Notes: generated by a model not told the origin, from the letters alone. Counted from the stretch's first letter, positions 1 through 10,734 are shown. The stretch is 64,000 nucleotides of DNA from an uncultured Thermoanaerobaculia bacterium (GCA_964476605.1 CAYZBH010000003.1:36849-100848), one strand, 5' to 3'. Translations and numbers: made by a program.

Positions 1-150
1 GATACCCCCGCCAACCGGGCCGCGATGCCGGCGGCCGACGCCTCGGCCTGGGTGGATCCCGACGCTCTGGTGGACGCGCTGCTCTTCCTGGCGAGCGACG
101 CCGCGCGCGCCGTGCACGGCGCCGCGATCCCGGTGTTCGGGCTCGGCTAG
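1..150 (+). CDS. SDR-family oxidoreductase, C-terminal fragment (gene starts before the window)
   Basis: Frame 1 reads DTPANRAAMP...WVDPDALVDALLFLASDAARAVHGAAIPVFGLG*. DTPANR and LFLAS...G..IPV are typical SDR C-terminal motifs. TAG at 148-150. Confidence 0.75.
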   Translation, partial: DTPANRAAMPAADASAWVDPDALVDALLFLASDAARAVHGAAIPVFGLG

Positions 151-183
151 GAAGGTCGGGCGCCGGGCTCCGGCGCCCTCGGC

Positions 184-738
184 TCAGCGGAATCCGCGCC
201 GCAGCTCGCGCGCGAAGGCCTTGTAGCTCGCGTCGTCCCAGAGACAGACGACGACGCGCTGCAACTTGGTCCCCCCCTGCAGGTAGCGGTGCACCTCGGT
301 GAGGAGGATACGGGCGCAGCGCTCGATCGGGAAGCCGTAGTTGCCGGTCGAGATCGCCGGGATCGCCACCGACTTGAGGCCGTGGCGGTCGGACAGAGCG
401 AGCGAGGAACGGACCGCCGAGGCGAGCTTGCGGTCCTCGTCCCCCTCCCCCATCTTCGGTCCCACGGCGTGGAGGATGTGCTTGAACTTCATCTTGCCGG
501 CGCCGGTGATGACCGCCGTCCCGGTCGGAGTCGAGCCGATCCGCTTGCACTCCTCCTGGATCGAGGGTCCGCCCCGCCGCTTGATGGCACCGGCGACCCC
601 ACCGCCCAGGAGGAGGTTGACGTTCGCCGCGTTGACGATCGCCTCGACCTCTAGCTCGGTAATGTCCCCCTCCACCAGCTCGAGGGTGGTGTTGTTCATC
701 GTGATGACGATCCGGTTCTCCGCCTGGGTCTCGGCCAT
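184..738 (-). CDS. Macro domain protein (O-acetyl-ADP-ribose deacetylase / ADP-ribosylhydrolase, YmdB-like)
   Basis: Motifs GDIT, IVNAAN, GGGVAGAI, HAVGP, PAISTGNYGFP. Confidence 0.92.
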   Translation of the reverse strand: MAETQAENRIVITMNNTTLELVEGDITELEVEAIVNAANVNLLLGGGVAGAIKRRGGPSIQEECKRIGSTPTGTAVITGAGKMKFKHILHAVGPKMGEGDEDRKLASAVRSSLALSDRHGLKSVAIPAISTGNYGFPIERCARILLTEVHRYLQGGTKLQRVVVCLWDDASYKAFARELRRGFR

Positions 739-863
739 GACTCCAACTCGATCCGTTCGGTTCCGGCCCGGAGGGTGACCCCCGCGCGTCGAATCCCGAA
801 TGTTATCAGGAAAGTTTCCGCTACCCCGCCGGGCGGGCGGGCCTTTCGATAGGATCTCTCACC

Positions 864-2777
864 ATGCTGCGTGAGTGGAAACGTAACCTGTCGGCCTCGC
901 TCGGCGAAGAGATCGCCCGCCGCTACTCGATCGAGCACCTTCCGGTCGCCGAGATCCCCCCTCGGCGCGCGCTGGGAGATCTCGCCTTTCCGGCGCCGCT
1001 GCACCTGGCCCGGACGCTTCGCCGCAAGCCGCGCGAGATCGCCGAAGAGCTCGCCGCCGGTTGGCGGCTCCCCGACGGGGTCCGCGAGCTCCGGGTCGAA
1101 GGCGCCGGCTACCTGAACGTCTTTCTCGATCGCCCCCGCTTCGTCGCCGCGTTGCTTTCCCGCTCTCCGCTCTCGGGCGAGGGAGCCGGCCGCGGCAAGG
1201 TGATCGTCGAGCACACGAACATCAATCCGAACAAGGCGGCGCACATCGGCCATCTGCGCAACGCCGTGCTCGGAGATCTGCTGGTCCGGTCGCTGCGCGC
1301 GCTGGGGACCCCGGTCGAGGTCCAGAACTACATCGACGACACGGGGGTCCAGGTGGCCGACGTGGTGGTCGGATTCGTCGACATCGAGCACCGGTCGGTC
1401 GCCGACGTGGCGGCGATCCCGGAGCCCTTCGACTACCACTGTTGGGACCTCTACGCGCGCGTCGGACAGTGGTACGAGGAGGACCCGTCCCGCCAGGCGC
1501 TGCGACGCCAGACCCTGCACGCGCTCGAGCGCGGCGAAGGGGAGCGCGCCGCGATGGGCCGTCTGGTCGCCCGCCGGATCGTCACCCGACACCTCGCGAC
1601 GATGCGCCGCCTCGGGATCGGCTACGACCTGCTCACCCACGAGAGCGACATCCTGGGCCTGCACTTCTTCGACGCCGCCTTCGGCGAGCTCAAGGCGCGG
1701 GGCGCGATCCAGCTCGAGGCAGAGGGGAAGAACGCCGGCTGCTGGGTGATGCCGCTCGAAGGCAACGCGGAGTTCGCGGGGCTGGAGGACCCGGACAAGG
1801 TCATCGTCCGCTCCGACGGCACCGTCACCTACGTCGGCAAGGACATCGCCTATCAGCTCTGGAAGTTCGGCCTGCTCGGCAGAGACTTCGCGTACCGCTA
1901 CTGGCGGGAGGAGGCGCTCTGGATGACCGCCGGCGAGGGGGCGGAAGACCACCCCGCCTTCGGCCGTGGCGAGCGCGTCGTGAACGTCATCGACGCCCGC
2001 CAGAGCTACCTGCAGAAGATCGTGCGCGCGGGCCTCAGAGCCCTCGGGCACGACGACGCGGCCGAGCGCTCCGTCCACTTCGCCTACGAGATGGTCTCGC
2101 TCTCGGCCGCCACCGCCCGCGCCCTCGGCCTCGTCGTCGAGGAGGGCAAGGCGATGGAGATGTCGGGGCGCAAGGGGATCGGCGTCAAAGCCGACGACCT
2201 GCTCGACCGGCTCGAGGAGAAGGCGCGCGAGGAGATCGCGATGCGCAACCGGGAGCTCTCGCGCGACGAGCTCCACCGGCTGGCGCGCGAGATCGCCACC
2301 GCCGCCGTCCGCTTCTTCATGGTGAAGACCGGGACGACGCGGGTCATCGCCTTCGACCTCGACGAGGCGCTCGATTTCGAGGGGGATTCCGGCCCGTATC
2401 TCCAGTACTCGCTGGTGCGCGCCCGCAACATCGAGCGCAAGGTGGAGGCAGCGGGCTTGGGCGGCCCGCTCGACGGCGAGACCCTGGCGGCTCTGCCAGC
2501 CGATGCCCTCGGGGACGATCTCTGGGATCTCGTGCACGCCGCGGCGGCGATCGGGGAGGCCGTCGAGCGAGCGGCCTCCTCGCTCGAGCTCTCCCTCGTC
2601 GCCCGGCAGGCGCTCGAGCTCGCGCAGCGCTTCAACGCCCTCTATCACGCCCATCCGGTGTTGCACGAGCCCGATCCGGTGCGCCGGAGCGCGCGGCGGG
2701 CCGCTTTCGCGGCCTTCGCGCAGGCGGAACGGGCCCTCTGCGACCTGCTGGGGATTCCGGAACCCGAAAAGATGTAA
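864..2777 (+). CDS. argS: Arginine--tRNA ligase
   Basis: EHTNINPNKAAHIGHLRNA (HIGH motif), RSDGTVTY, MSGRKG, GDSGPYLQY, C-terminal anticodon-binding domain ending PEKM. Confidence 0.96.
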   Translation: MLREWKRNLSASLGEEIARRYSIEHLPVAEIPPRRALGDLAFPAPLHLARTLRRKPREIAEELAAGWRLPDGVRELRVEGAGYLNVFLDRPRFVAALLSRSPLSGEGAGRGKVIVEHTNINPNKAAHIGHLRNAVLGDLLVRSLRALGTPVEVQNYIDDTGVQVADVVVGFVDIEHRSVADVAAIPEPFDYHCWDLYARVGQWYEEDPSRQALRRQTLHALERGEGERAAMGRLVARRIVTRHLATMRRLGIGYDLLTHESDILGLHFFDAAFGELKARGAIQLEAEGKNAGCWVMPLEGNAEFAGLEDPDKVIVRSDGTVTYVGKDIAYQLWKFGLLGRDFAYRYWREEALWMTAGEGAEDHPAFGRGERVVNVIDARQSYLQKIVRAGLRALGHDDAAERSVHFAYEMVSLSAATARALGLVVEEGKAMEMSGRKGIGVKADDLLDRLEEKAREEIAMRNRELSRDELHRLAREIATAAVRFFMVKTGTTRVIAFDLDEALDFEGDSGPYLQYSLVRARNIERKVEAAGLGGPLDGETLAALPADALGDDLWDLVHAAAAIGEAVERAASSLELSLVARQALELAQRFNALYHAHPVLHEPDPVRRSARRAAFAAFAQAERALCDLLGIPEPEKM

Positions 2778-2837
2778 ATTGTGCTTGACATCCTGTCGGC
2801 GATCTTTTACATTCCCGCGTGTCAAGGAAACTTCACA
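2773..2837 (+). promoter_or_regulatory. Sigma70-type promoter with two pseudo-palindromic operator sites
   Basis: TTGACA (2785-2790), 17 bp, TACATT (2808-2813). 18-bp sites TGTAAATTGTGCTTGACA (2773-2790) and TGTCAAGGAAACTTCACA (2820-2837) approximate TGTCAAG-N4-CTTGACA. AT-rich patch upstream of an XRE gene pair. Confidence 0.7.
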
Positions 2838-2858
2838 TCCAACGCAAGGGAGATCGCC

Positions 2859-3305
2859 ATGCAAGAGAACCAAGAGACCCTCACCCGACCCTGGTACTCC
2901 TTCGGCTGCGTCGGCCTGATGACCCCCACCGACGTCCGGAATCTCGGCCGCTTCAATCTCTCGATGCTCTCCTGGGGGCTCAGCTGGGCGGTCGCCCTCT
3001 TCGCGCTCCGCCTGCTACCCGAGCTGCCCGCCCCGCTGCGCTATGCGATCGCGGCGTTGCCGACCCTGGTCGCCCTCGCAGCCATCCTCGCCTACCTCCG
3101 CTTCCTCCGGCAGGCCGACGAGCTGCTGCGCAAGATCCACCTCGAGGGCATGGCCCTGGGCTTCGGCGTCGGCTTCCTCATCGCCACCGGCTGGCCGCTC
3201 TTCGAGCGGGCCGGAGCGCCGCCGCTCGAGATGGTCTGGGTCTGGACCGCCATGGTCTTCGGTTGGGGCGTCGGACAGGCGATCGGCCGGAAGCGCTACG
3301 CGTGA
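2859..3305 (+). CDS. Hypothetical membrane protein (about 4 TM), partner of the XRE regulator
   Basis: ATG 2859 after GGGAGA. Hydrophobic helices and a DELLRKIHL motif typical of membrane proteins paired with small XRE regulators. Stop overlaps next start (GTGA). Confidence 0.75.
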   Translation: MQENQETLTRPWYSFGCVGLMTPTDVRNLGRFNLSMLSWGLSWAVALFALRLLPELPAPLRYAIAALPTLVALAAILAYLRFLRQADELLRKIHLEGMALGFGVGFLIATGWPLFERAGAPPLEMVWVWTAMVFGWGVGQAIGRKRYA

Positions 3306-3511
3306 ACAACCGGCTCCGGGTCTTGCGCGCCGAGCGCCAGTGGTCGCAGGCCGATCTCGCCGAGCGGCTCGGGGTCTCGCGCCAGACCGTCAATGCGATC
3401 GAGACCGGACGCTACGATCCGAGCCTGCCGCTCGCGTTCCGCATCGCGCGCCTCTTCTCGCTCACGATCGAAGCGGTCTTCGATCCCAGTGGCGAGACCG
3501 CACGGCGCTAG
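3302..3511 (+). CDS. XRE/Cro-C1 family HTH transcriptional regulator
   Basis: GTG start: NNRLRVLRAERQWSQADLAERLGVSRQTVNAIETGRYDPSLPLAFRIA, a classic small XRE sequence. Confidence 0.93.
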   Translation: MNNRLRVLRAERQWSQADLAERLGVSRQTVNAIETGRYDPSLPLAFRIARLFSLTIEAVFDPSGETARR

Positions 3512-3547
3512 CCCGATCTCCTGGCGAGCCTCCGTCAGCGGTCGCGC

Positions 3548-4396
3548 CTAGTCGCCGGCGTAGAGCACCTCGAGCCGGCGGGCGCGGCGGGCCGCGAACA
3601 CCAGCAGCGTGGCCGCGACGGCGAGCAGGCCCAGGATGGCGAGCGGCGCCGGCGTCGGCTCGGCGGGGAGCGCGAAGGGGCCCTTCGGGACCGGGACCGG
3701 GCAGAGTGATTGCAGGTGGTGGATCACCGAGACGTTCTTGAGCGATTGCGGCAGCAGGAAGTTGAGCCACTCCCAGCCCAGGATCATCGCCGCGGGGATC
3801 ATCGGATTGCGGAGCGACAGACCCAGGGCCAGGAAGACCGCGCCGTAGCCGATCACCGCGAGCCAGGTGATGCCGAAGTAGGTGACGAGCTGCCCGAAAC
3901 CCGGACCCGAGAGGAGATAGGAAACGCCGCCCCGGGTGATCGACGGCAGGAAGCTCAGCAGGACTTGCGCGACCGTGCTCGCCGAGAGCAACGTCCCGGC
4001 CGCGAGCACGCCGGCCACGTACTTGCCCGCCACGTAGACCTCGCGCCGGATCGGCGCGAGAAAGTAGAAGTGGAGGCTCCGCTCCAGGATCTCGCCGCGC
4101 GACAGGTAGGTGAAGACGCCGAAGCAGCAGAAGAAGACCACCAGGCGGAGGAAGAAGACCTGGAAGATGATGCCGTAGACCCGCGCCACGTCGGCCGCCG
4201 GCTGCGCCTCGGGTCCGTGTCCGGGACCGAACAGGGCGTGCGCCAGGGCGCGGCCGCCCAGGAGCACGACCGGCATCAGAGCGACGATCACCACCGGCAG
4301 CGCGCGGGGCCGCAGGAAGGTGCGGCGCGCCTCGAGCCCCAGCATGGCGACGATCTGCCGCCACCAGAAGCGCCACCCCGAAGTCGCCTCGCTCAT
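3548..4396 (-). CDS. ABC-2 type transporter permease
   Basis: Start MSEATSG (ATG 4396). About 6 TM, EILERSLHFYFLAPIRR motif, adjacent to ABC ATPases. Confidence 0.82.
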   Translation of the reverse strand: MSEATSGWRFWWRQIVAMLGLEARRTFLRPRALPVVIVALMPVVLLGGRALAHALFGPGHGPEAQPAADVARVYGIIFQVFFLRLVVFFCCFGVFTYLSRGEILERSLHFYFLAPIRREVYVAGKYVAGVLAAGTLLSASTVAQVLLSFLPSITRGGVSYLLSGPGFGQLVTYFGITWLAVIGYGAVFLALGLSLRNPMIPAAMILGWEWLNFLLPQSLKNVSVIHHLQSLCPVPVPKGPFALPAEPTPAPLAILGLLAVAATLLVFAARRARRLEVLYAGD

Positions 4397-4404
4397 TCCA
4401 CCCC

Positions 4405-5358
4405 TCACGTGCTCGCCTGCGCGTTGCCGCCGATCAGGTACTGGTAGACCGCCTGGACGTCGTCGTCGGCCGGCAGCACGGCCTCGATCTCGAGCTCCCC
4501 CGCGCTCGCCAGCCGGTTGAGCAACAGGTAGAAGCGATCGGCATTCTGGGTGCGTACCAGCAACCCTCGCCGGTCGGCGTCGATCCGCGCCTCGACCACG
4601 TGATCCTCCGCGAAGACCCGCGAGGCGAGAGCCGAAGGCTCGGCGCACCGCACCAGGACCTGGAGTGGTCGCTCCGCGCTCATCTCGTCGCGCACCCCTT
4701 CGATCTCGCCCTCGGCGACGATGTAGCCGCCGTGGACCAGCACGACCCGATCCGCGAGCTCGTCGACCTCGTGCAGGATATGGCTCGAGATCACCACGTG
4801 CCGGCCCTCCGCGGCGAAGCCCTCGAAGAGCGCCAGGACCTCGGCCCGGGCGAGCGGGTCGAGCCCGTTGAGCGGCTCGTCGAGCACCAGGACGCGCGGA
4901 TCGTGGGCGATCGCCTGCGCCAGCTTGATGCGCTGCTTCATCCCCTTGCTGTAACCGCCGATCCGGCGGCCCGCCGAATCGCTCATGCCGACGCGCTCGA
5001 TGGCGCGCCGCGCCCCCTCCGCGGCGGGAGCGGCCGCGAGGCCATGCAACCGGAGGTAGAGGTAGACGAAGTCCCACCCCTTCATACCGCGTGGAAAGGT
5101 GTCGAACTGCGTGCAGTAGCCGACCGTTCGATGGAGACGCTCGGGATCCCGCGGCTCGATGCCACAGACGGAGACCCGGCCTTCGCTCGGCTCGAGGAGC
5201 CCCGCGAGGAGGTTCATCAGGGTCGTCTTGCCCGAGCCGTTCGGACCCACGAGAGCGGTGATCCCGGGCCCGATCGCGAGATCGATCCGGTTGACGCCGA
5301 GGACTTCGCCGTAGAACTTCGAGACGTTCTCGAAGACGATGCGGGTCTCCGCGCTCAT
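4405..5358 (-). CDS. ABC transporter ATP-binding protein
   Basis: Walker [10 protein letters not shown], signature YSKGMKQR, Walker B VLVLDEP, H-loop SSH. Confidence 0.95.
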   Translation of the reverse strand: MSAETRIVFENVSKFYGEVLGVNRIDLAIGPGITALVGPNGSGKTTLMNLLAGLLEPSEGRVSVCGIEPRDPERLHRTVGYCTQFDTFPRGMKGWDFVYLYLRLHGLAAAPAAEGARRAIERVGMSDSAGRRIGGYSKGMKQRIKLAQAIAHDPRVLVLDEPLNGLDPLARAEVLALFEGFAAEGRHVVISSHILHEVDELADRVVLVHGGYIVAEGEIEGVRDEMSAERPLQVLVRCAEPSALASRVFAEDHVVEARIDADRRGLLVRTQNADRFYLLLNRLASAGELEIEAVLPADDDVQAVYQYLIGGNAQAST

Positions 5359-6254
5359 CGCGAGACCTCGCATGCCCGCACCTTGCGGTGGAGCAGGAAG
5401 AGCGACAGGGTGGTGATCACGGCGAGCGCCGCCCAGCAGGCCGGAACCGGGAGCGGATCCTCGGGAAACGGGTGACCGAGAAAGTCGATGCCGCCAAACA
5501 GATCGGCCCAGATCGTCTGCACCGTGTCGTCGAAGGCGAGGAGCCTCCCCCAGCGCAGACCCATCACCTGCTCGATCGCCTTGCCGAAGGCCTCGCCCAC
5601 CAGGAAGACGCCGAAGAGCATGCCGGTCGCGACCGGTCGCCACTTCACCCAGGCCGAGATGGCGAGCGCGAAGAGAGAGAGCAGCACGATCCAGACCCCG
5701 AATCCGAGGACCAGAGCCGGCACGAGACGCCAGTGCGCCGCGAGCCAGCTCCAGCCGGCGAGCGATCCTTGGAGGCCGATCAGCAGCAGGCCCGGGATCC
5801 AGCTCACCACCGAGAGCAGGCCCGCGAGCACCGCGAACTTGGCCGCGACGTACTCGCCCCGCGTCAGCGGACGCGAGAGGTAGAGCGGCAGCGCGTTGTG
5901 CGCGAGATCAGGCGCCACCAGATGCGGTCCGACGAAGGTCGCGAGCAGGAACGAGACGCTCGACTGCCAGACCATGTACCAGAAGAATGTCTCCTTGCCG
6001 ATCGCCAGCAGGCCCGCGTCGGCCGACCCGTTCGCGATCCGCATGCCCGCGGCGATCAGCAGGTCGAGATTGTTGGCGACGTAGATCATCACCGCGAAGC
6101 CGATCGGCGGCAGGCAGGCGAGGATGAAGAGGATCAGGATGAAGCGCGAGGAGAAGATGTCCCCGAGCGCGAAGCGGGTGATCTTGAGCCAGCGCCAGCG
6201 CGACTCCTGCCGCGGCCCGGCGTAACCCCGGTAGCGGCGGTCATGCACCGGCAC
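5355..6254 (-). CDS. ABC-2 type transporter permease
   Basis: Multi-[19 protein letters not shown] motif, overlaps flanking ATPase genes. Confidence 0.83.
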   Translation of the reverse strand: MPVHDRRYRGYAGPRQESRWRWLKITRFALGDIFSSRFILILFILACLPPIGFAVMIYVANNLDLLIAAGMRIANGSADAGLLAIGKETFFWYMVWQSSVSFLLATFVGPHLVAPDLAHNALPLYLSRPLTRGEYVAAKFAVLAGLLSVVSWIPGLLLIGLQGSLAGWSWLAAHWRLVPALVLGFGVWIVLLSLFALAISAWVKWRPVATGMLFGVFLVGEAFGKAIEQVMGLRWGRLLAFDDTVQTIWADLFGGIDFLGHPFPEDPLPVPACWAALAVITTLSLFLLHRKVRACEVSR

Positions 6255-7188
6255 GGGGCGGCTCCTTTCCGTTCTCCTCCATCGCCTTGAGGAAGAGGTG
6301 CTCGAGCGAGTTGCGGCTCGAGGTCAGGCGACGCAGCTGCACGCCCTCCGTCTCGGCGACTCGATAGAGCTCGCGCACGTCGACGCCCGCGGGCAGCACG
6401 ACCTTGAGCCGCCGGCCGGCGAGCTCCGCCACCTCGCAGCCGAGCCCGGCGAGCGCCGCCGCGTAGTTGCCGTTCTCTCCCCCCTTCGTCTCGAGCTCGA
6501 GAAAGCGTCGGTCGGCGAGCCGCTCGGCCGCCAGGTCCGCGATCGTCGCCACCCGCCCCTCCTTGAGCACCAGCACTTCGTCGCAGCAGCTCTCGATGTC
6601 GCGCAGCAGGTGGGAGGAGACGACGATGCGGACGCCCGAGGCCGCGATCTCACGAATCAGGCCGAGCATCCGTTGCCGCGCCGCCGGATCGAGCCCGTTG
6701 GTCGGCTCGTCCAGGAGCAGCACCGAGGGACCGTGAGCGATCGCCTGGGCGAGCTTGGCGAGCTGCTTCATGCCGAGCGAGTAGGTCTCGAGCTTGCGGT
6801 AGCGGGCCTCGCCGAGCCCGACGTAGAAAAGCGCCTCGTGCGCGCGCTCGAGCGCCTGGCGGGGAGGCAGTCCGGCGAGCTCGGCCATCATGCGGACGAA
6901 GCGCACCGCGCTCATGCCGGCGATGAACGACTCGCTCTCCGGCATGTAGCCGAGCGCTGTGCGGAGCGCGCGGGCCTCCAGGAGGATGTCGCGGCCGAGC
7001 ATGCGCGCGGTACCGGAGCTGGGACGGTAGAAGCCGAGCAGGGTGTTGAAGAGCGTCGTCTTGCCGGCGCCGTTGGGGCCCAGGAGACCGACCACCTGGC
7101 CGGCGAGCGATCCCCGGAGCCCCTTGAGGATCGGCCGGCCGGCCAGGCGAACTTCGAGATTCTCGAGCTCGAGCAGCGGCGACGTCAT
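6241..7188 (-). CDS. ABC transporter ATP-binding protein
   Basis: [27 protein letters not shown]. Start MTSPLLEL at 7188. Confidence 0.95.
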   Translation of the reverse strand: MTSPLLELENLEVRLAGRPILKGLRGSLAGQVVGLLGPNGAGKTTLFNTLLGFYRPSSGTARMLGRDILLEARALRTALGYMPESESFIAGMSAVRFVRMMAELAGLPPRQALERAHEALFYVGLGEARYRKLETYSLGMKQLAKLAQAIAHGPSVLLLDEPTNGLDPAARQRMLGLIREIAASGVRIVVSSHLLRDIESCCDEVLVLKEGRVATIADLAAERLADRRFLELETKGGENGNYAAALAGLGCEVAELAGRRLKVVLPAGVDVRELYRVAETEGVQLRRLTSSRNSLEHLFLKAMEENGKEPPRAGA

Positions 7189-7201
7189 CGACACACGGAC
7201 T

Positions 7202-9913
7202 CTACGCCCGCGGCCCCGCCGGGGTTTCGACACCGGCCCGTGCCGCGGCCGGGGTGGCCGCCGGTCCACGCCCGGCCGCGCCCTCGCTCAGCGCGAGGAG
7301 CCGCTCGAGCGAGAAGCCGAGCACTCCCTGCCCGCCGCGCGTCACGACGGTCACCCGGCGCGGCGACCCATAGGCGACCGCGAGGCTCGGACCCGTGTCT
7401 CCGAGGAGCCCCTCGAGCCGACTCACGGCACCCTCGTTCGGCATGCCCGGTGCACCGGGTGCGCGCTGCTCGAGCAGGCTACCGAGCGCGCCGACCGAGT
7501 CGCCGAGATTCTGGTAGGCGACACCCGAGAAGTGGATCTCGCCGTCCTCCGGCAGCAGGTCGACGAAGCGCTGCGAGGCCGGCAGCGTCACCCCCGCGGC
7601 GCGCGTCGCGACCGCCTCGAGGAGGAGCGCCCGGGACGGGCCGACGAGCAGATAGCCGTCGTGGAAGAGCAGGTGGACGAGCTCCCGTCCGTCGCCGGTC
7701 GTGAGCGTGCGTACCACCTGCCCGTCGAGCGCCTCCTGCCGCCAGGCGAGGAGCGGTCGTCCTTCGGCCGCCGCGTCCCGGTTCCAGGCCTCGACGAGCG
7801 TCGCGAGCGTCCCCTGCAGGCGCCCTTCGTCCGCGACCTCCAGCACCAGCTTCCACGCCGGCTCGGGCAACCAGGGGCCGTCGAAGGCGAAGGCGAAGTC
7901 GCCGCCGAGCGTCGCCGCGATGTCCTCGCGGAGCGACAGACCATAAGTCGCCTCGAGCTCGGCCAGATGCGCCAGAGCCCGCGCGTCGTCGCTCGAGACC
8001 AAGGCGAGCAGGTCGTCGAGCATCGTCGACGGCTCCTTGAGGAGGCCGCCGACCGCCAGGTGAGCGTCGGGCGACACGTACTCCAGCGCCCCCACCGGCG
8101 CCGGCTCGGCGAGCCACGAGGCGAGACCCCGGCGATCGTCCGAGAAGGTGACGACCGCACGATTCTGCGTCTCGTCGCCGTTCCCGTGGCTCTCGAGAAT
8201 CAGGTGATCGACCTCGGAGAGTCCGAGCCGGTCGAGAGTCGCTGCCTCCGCGTTGCCCGCGCCCCCGGCGCGCTGGTGGGCCAGCAGGCTCGCGACGTCG
8301 ACGCCCACGAGCCAACTCGTCCCCTCGCCGTAGACCTCGGCCAAGCGGGCATGGAAGGGGGTGGAGACGAAGGGGTTGCCGCCGCCGTCGATCTCACCCT
8401 GGAGGGTCGCGAGGCGCGCTGCGCTCGGCGAGGCGAGCAGGAGGTCTCCCGCCAGCCAGACCAGCAGCTCGTGCGGTCCCGGCTCGCTCTCGGCGCTCGG
8501 ATCGGTGATGCGGCGCACGCGTCCGCCCTCTTCCGCGCTCGCGTTGAGGCGCGCGATCTCCTCGTCGAGCAGCGTGGAGAGACGCGCCGGATCGTTCACT
8601 TCGGCCAGGAAGACCGGCGCTTCCGCCCCCGCGCCAGTGCCCAGGTCGACCGCCACCACGATCTCGGGGCCGAGCTCCGCGCCGAAGCGCCGGATCTCGC
8701 CGAGCGCCTCGGCGATCTCCTGCTGGGCGTTGCCGTCACCGAATCGCTCTTGCCACCACGCGGCGAGCGCCTCGTTCTCGGCCACCCGCTGCTCGACGAT
8801 CTGCCAGGCGTCGGCGAGCGACTGCGAGAGGTTCGGGAGCGCCACGTAGATGCCCGTGCCGGCGGGCGCCAGGTCGAGCAGCCGCGTCGAGTTGCGATTC
8901 GCCACGGCGAGCGTTCGGTCGAGCTCGTGACCGAGCGACTTCAGGGCCGCCAACCGCTCCCGGTAGCGCGCGGCGTCGCGGCTCCAGGAGATCTCCCGCT
9001 CGAGCGGAATCATCGCCAGCCGCGGATTCGTGGTGAGCTGATCGCCGGGACGCAGCACCGCGTGCTGGGCGCCCTGCGCCACCTGGACCTCGCCCGCCAG
9101 GACCGAGACGCGAGATCCCTTGGCGCCATGGTTCACCGAGAAGACGGTGCCGACGACCGAAACCAGACAATCGCCGGTCTCGACGTAGAGATGGCCGCTG
9201 CGCTGCTCGGCGGCCTCGACGATCACGCTGCCGCGAGCGAGCCGGAGCACGGTGCCGTCCCAACGCCGGTCGAGCGAGAGCTCCGAGCGTTCGGCGAGCT
9301 CGACCCGCGTGCCATCCGGCAAGGCGAGGATCGCACCGGAATCCTTGGCGGTACGGACCGCCTGCGCGCGCTCGAGGCGCTCGCCCGCGACCGCGGGTCG
9401 CAGATGCTCGGCGGTCACCAGCACCAGCTCGCCCTGGATCGAGCGCACCTGGGCCGAGACGCTCGCGCCGAGCGGCGCCCAGCCGGAGCGCCAGACCAGC
9501 AGTCCGCCCGCGAGCGCCGCCGCCGCGAGGGTCGCCGCGATCGCCCAGCGCCAGGCGCCGCGCGTCGGGGCCGGGAGCTCCGCCCGTCCGCGGACGGATC
9601 CGCCCTCGCCGCGGCGCGCCGCCGCCAAGGCCTTCCGGCAGCCGAGGCACTCGCGCGAGTGATCCTCGAGCAGCAGGCGCTTGGGCTCCGCCAGCGCCCC
9701 CGCGAGGTAGGCGGGGACGAGGGCGCGGAAGCCCGCGCACCCTTGAATGCGATGGGCCTCCTCGGCCGCGGCGACGGCGCCGGACGGCGACGCGTCGAGC
9801 TCCTCCGTCAGCCGGTTCCAGACCCGGGCACCGGCCGCTTCCACGGTCCCTTCGTCGAGCTTCTCGTCGCGGGTCGCGGCGATGGCGGCGTCGAGCAGTT
9901 CTTCGCGCTTCAT
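7202..9913 (-). CDS. Zn-finger anti-sigma / FecR-domain protein with a very large extracytoplasmic domain
   Basis: N-terminal HSRECLGC (HxxxCxxC), one TM ([19 protein letters not shown]), FecR-like strands ([25 protein letters not shown]), then about 600 aa soluble domain. Directly follows an ECF sigma gene. Confidence 0.8.
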   Translation of the reverse strand: MKREELLDAAIAATRDEKLDEGTVEAAGARVWNRLTEELDASPSGAVAAAEEAHRIQGCAGFRALVPAYLAGALAEPKRLLLEDHSRECLGCRKALAAARRGEGGSVRGRAELPAPTRGAWRWAIAATLAAAALAGGLLVWRSGWAPLGASVSAQVRSIQGELVLVTAEHLRPAVAGERLERAQAVRTAKDSGAILALPDGTRVELAERSELSLDRRWDGTVLRLARGSVIVEAAEQRSGHLYVETGDCLVSVVGTVFSVNHGAKGSRVSVLAGEVQVAQGAQHAVLRPGDQLTTNPRLAMIPLEREISWSRDAARYRERLAALKSLGHELDRTLAVANRNSTRLLDLAPAGTGIYVALPNLSQSLADAWQIVEQRVAENEALAAWWQERFGDGNAQQEIAEALGEIRRFGAELGPEIVVAVDLGTGAGAEAPVFLAEVNDPARLSTLLDEEIARLNASAEEGGRVRRITDPSAESEPGPHELLVWLAGDLLLASPSAARLATLQGEIDGGGNPFVSTPFHARLAEVYGEGTSWLVGVDVASLLAHQRAGGAGNAEAATLDRLGLSEVDHLILESHGNGDETQNRAVVTFSDDRRGLASWLAEPAPVGALEYVSPDAHLAVGGLLKEPSTMLDDLLALVSSDDARALAHLAELEATYGLSLREDIAATLGGDFAFAFDGPWLPEPAWKLVLEVADEGRLQGTLATLVEAWNRDAAAEGRPLLAWRQEALDGQVVRTLTTGDGRELVHLLFHDGYLLVGPSRALLLEAVATRAAGVTLPASQRFVDLLPEDGEIHFSGVAYQNLGDSVGALGSLLEQRAPGAPGMPNEGAVSRLEGLLGDTGPSLAVAYGSPRRVTVVTRGGQGVLGFSLERLLALSEGAAGRGPAATPAAARAGVETPAGPRA

Positions 9914-10476
9914 GATTGACCTCCCATCAGGGTCGCGAGCTCCTTGCGCAGGCGGTGGCGGGTGCGATGCAAGAGCACCGCGACCACCCCCGGCGAGGTG
10001 CCGGCGAGCTCGGCGATCTCGCGATTGCCGAGCCCTTCGAAGTATTTGAGGGTGAACATCTCGGCGGCCCGCGGCGAGAGGCGCGCGATGGCCAGGCGGA
10101 GAGCCCGCCGGAGCTGCGCGAGCTCCTGCTCGCGCTCGGGCGTCGCCTCGCGTCCCACGGGTCCTGCCGGCAGCTCCGCCTCTTCGAGCGGGGCCCAGCC
10201 GGCGCGCTGCCGGGAGCGGACCACGTCGAGCGCCGCGTGCACCGCCGCCCGGTAGAAGTAGCCGCCGGCGTCGGCCTCGAGCGGCTCGGCCTCCTGGCGC
10301 TTGAGCAACCGGACGAAGACGGTCTGCAGGACGTCCTCGGCGTCGGCGGCGTTGCCGGTGATCCGGCGCGCGGCGCGAAAGACCTTGCCGTAGTGCTCCC
10401 GGTAGAGACTCGCCAGCGCTCCCGAGCCGATTTCGGCGGCGCTCGGGTCCGGCGTGGATGCGGGGTGTGCGCTCAA
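9910..10476 (-). CDS. ECF sigma factor
   Basis: DAEDVLQTVF (region 2), FTLKYFEGLGNREIAELAG and LHRTRHRLRKEL (region 4). TTG start after GGAGGGAGA. Confidence 0.93.
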   Translation of the reverse strand: MSAHPASTPDPSAAEIGSGALASLYREHYGKVFRAARRITGNAADAEDVLQTVFVRLLKRQEAEPLEADAGGYFYRAAVHAALDVVRSRQRAGWAPLEEAELPAGPVGREATPEREQELAQLRRALRLAIARLSPRAAEMFTLKYFEGLGNREIAELAGTSPGVVAVLLHRTRHRLRKELATLMGGQS

Positions 10477-10506
10477 GCTCTCCCTCCTTCGGGTCGCTTC
10501 ACCAGG

Positions 10507-10535
10507 ACGACGCGCGAGACGCCGCTTTCTTAACA
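10507..10535 (-). promoter_or_regulatory. Candidate ECF-type autoregulatory promoter
   Basis: Minus strand TGTTAAG-N16-CGTCGT about 30 nt upstream of the ECF start. CGTC-type -10 and 16-nt spacer resemble ECF promoters. Confidence 0.35.
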
Positions 10536-10581
10536 GCTCCCGGGAGCGAGCCGGCGAAGGAGGGGCGGAAATCCGGCCGCG

Positions 10582-10713
10582 TCAGCCTCCGAGGCTGTCG
10601 GGCGGACGCTCGATCTCCCCGGGGACGGTGAGCACCTTGAAGTAGGTCCAGATCGTGAGCCCCCAGACGAAGGCGAGGGAGACGGTCAGGAAGATCCAGC
10701 CGGTCGTCGTCAT
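10582..10713 (-). CDS. Small single-TM protein, probable accessory subunit of the NSS transporter (43 aa, not in ORF track)
   Basis: Hand-translated MTTTGWIFLTVSLAFVWGLTIWTYFKVLTVPGEIERPPDSLGG*. GGAGGA RBS, 21 bp after the transporter stop. Confidence 0.75.
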   Translation of the reverse strand: MTTTGWIFLTVSLAFVWGLTIWTYFKVLTVPGEIERPPDSLGG

Positions 10714-10734
10714 CGCGCGTCCTCCCCGTTTCCC

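Noticed and set aside
696-2873. Long antisense and alternate-frame ORFs (e.g. 696-2873 -, 7043-9919 +, 12655-15267 -, 19884-23462 -, 28996-31524 +, 42009-45065 +, 53679-56033 +)
   Set aside because: They shadow well-supported genes, have Arg/Gly/Pro/Ala-rich composition with no motifs, and are expected from stop-codon scarcity in very GC-rich DNA.
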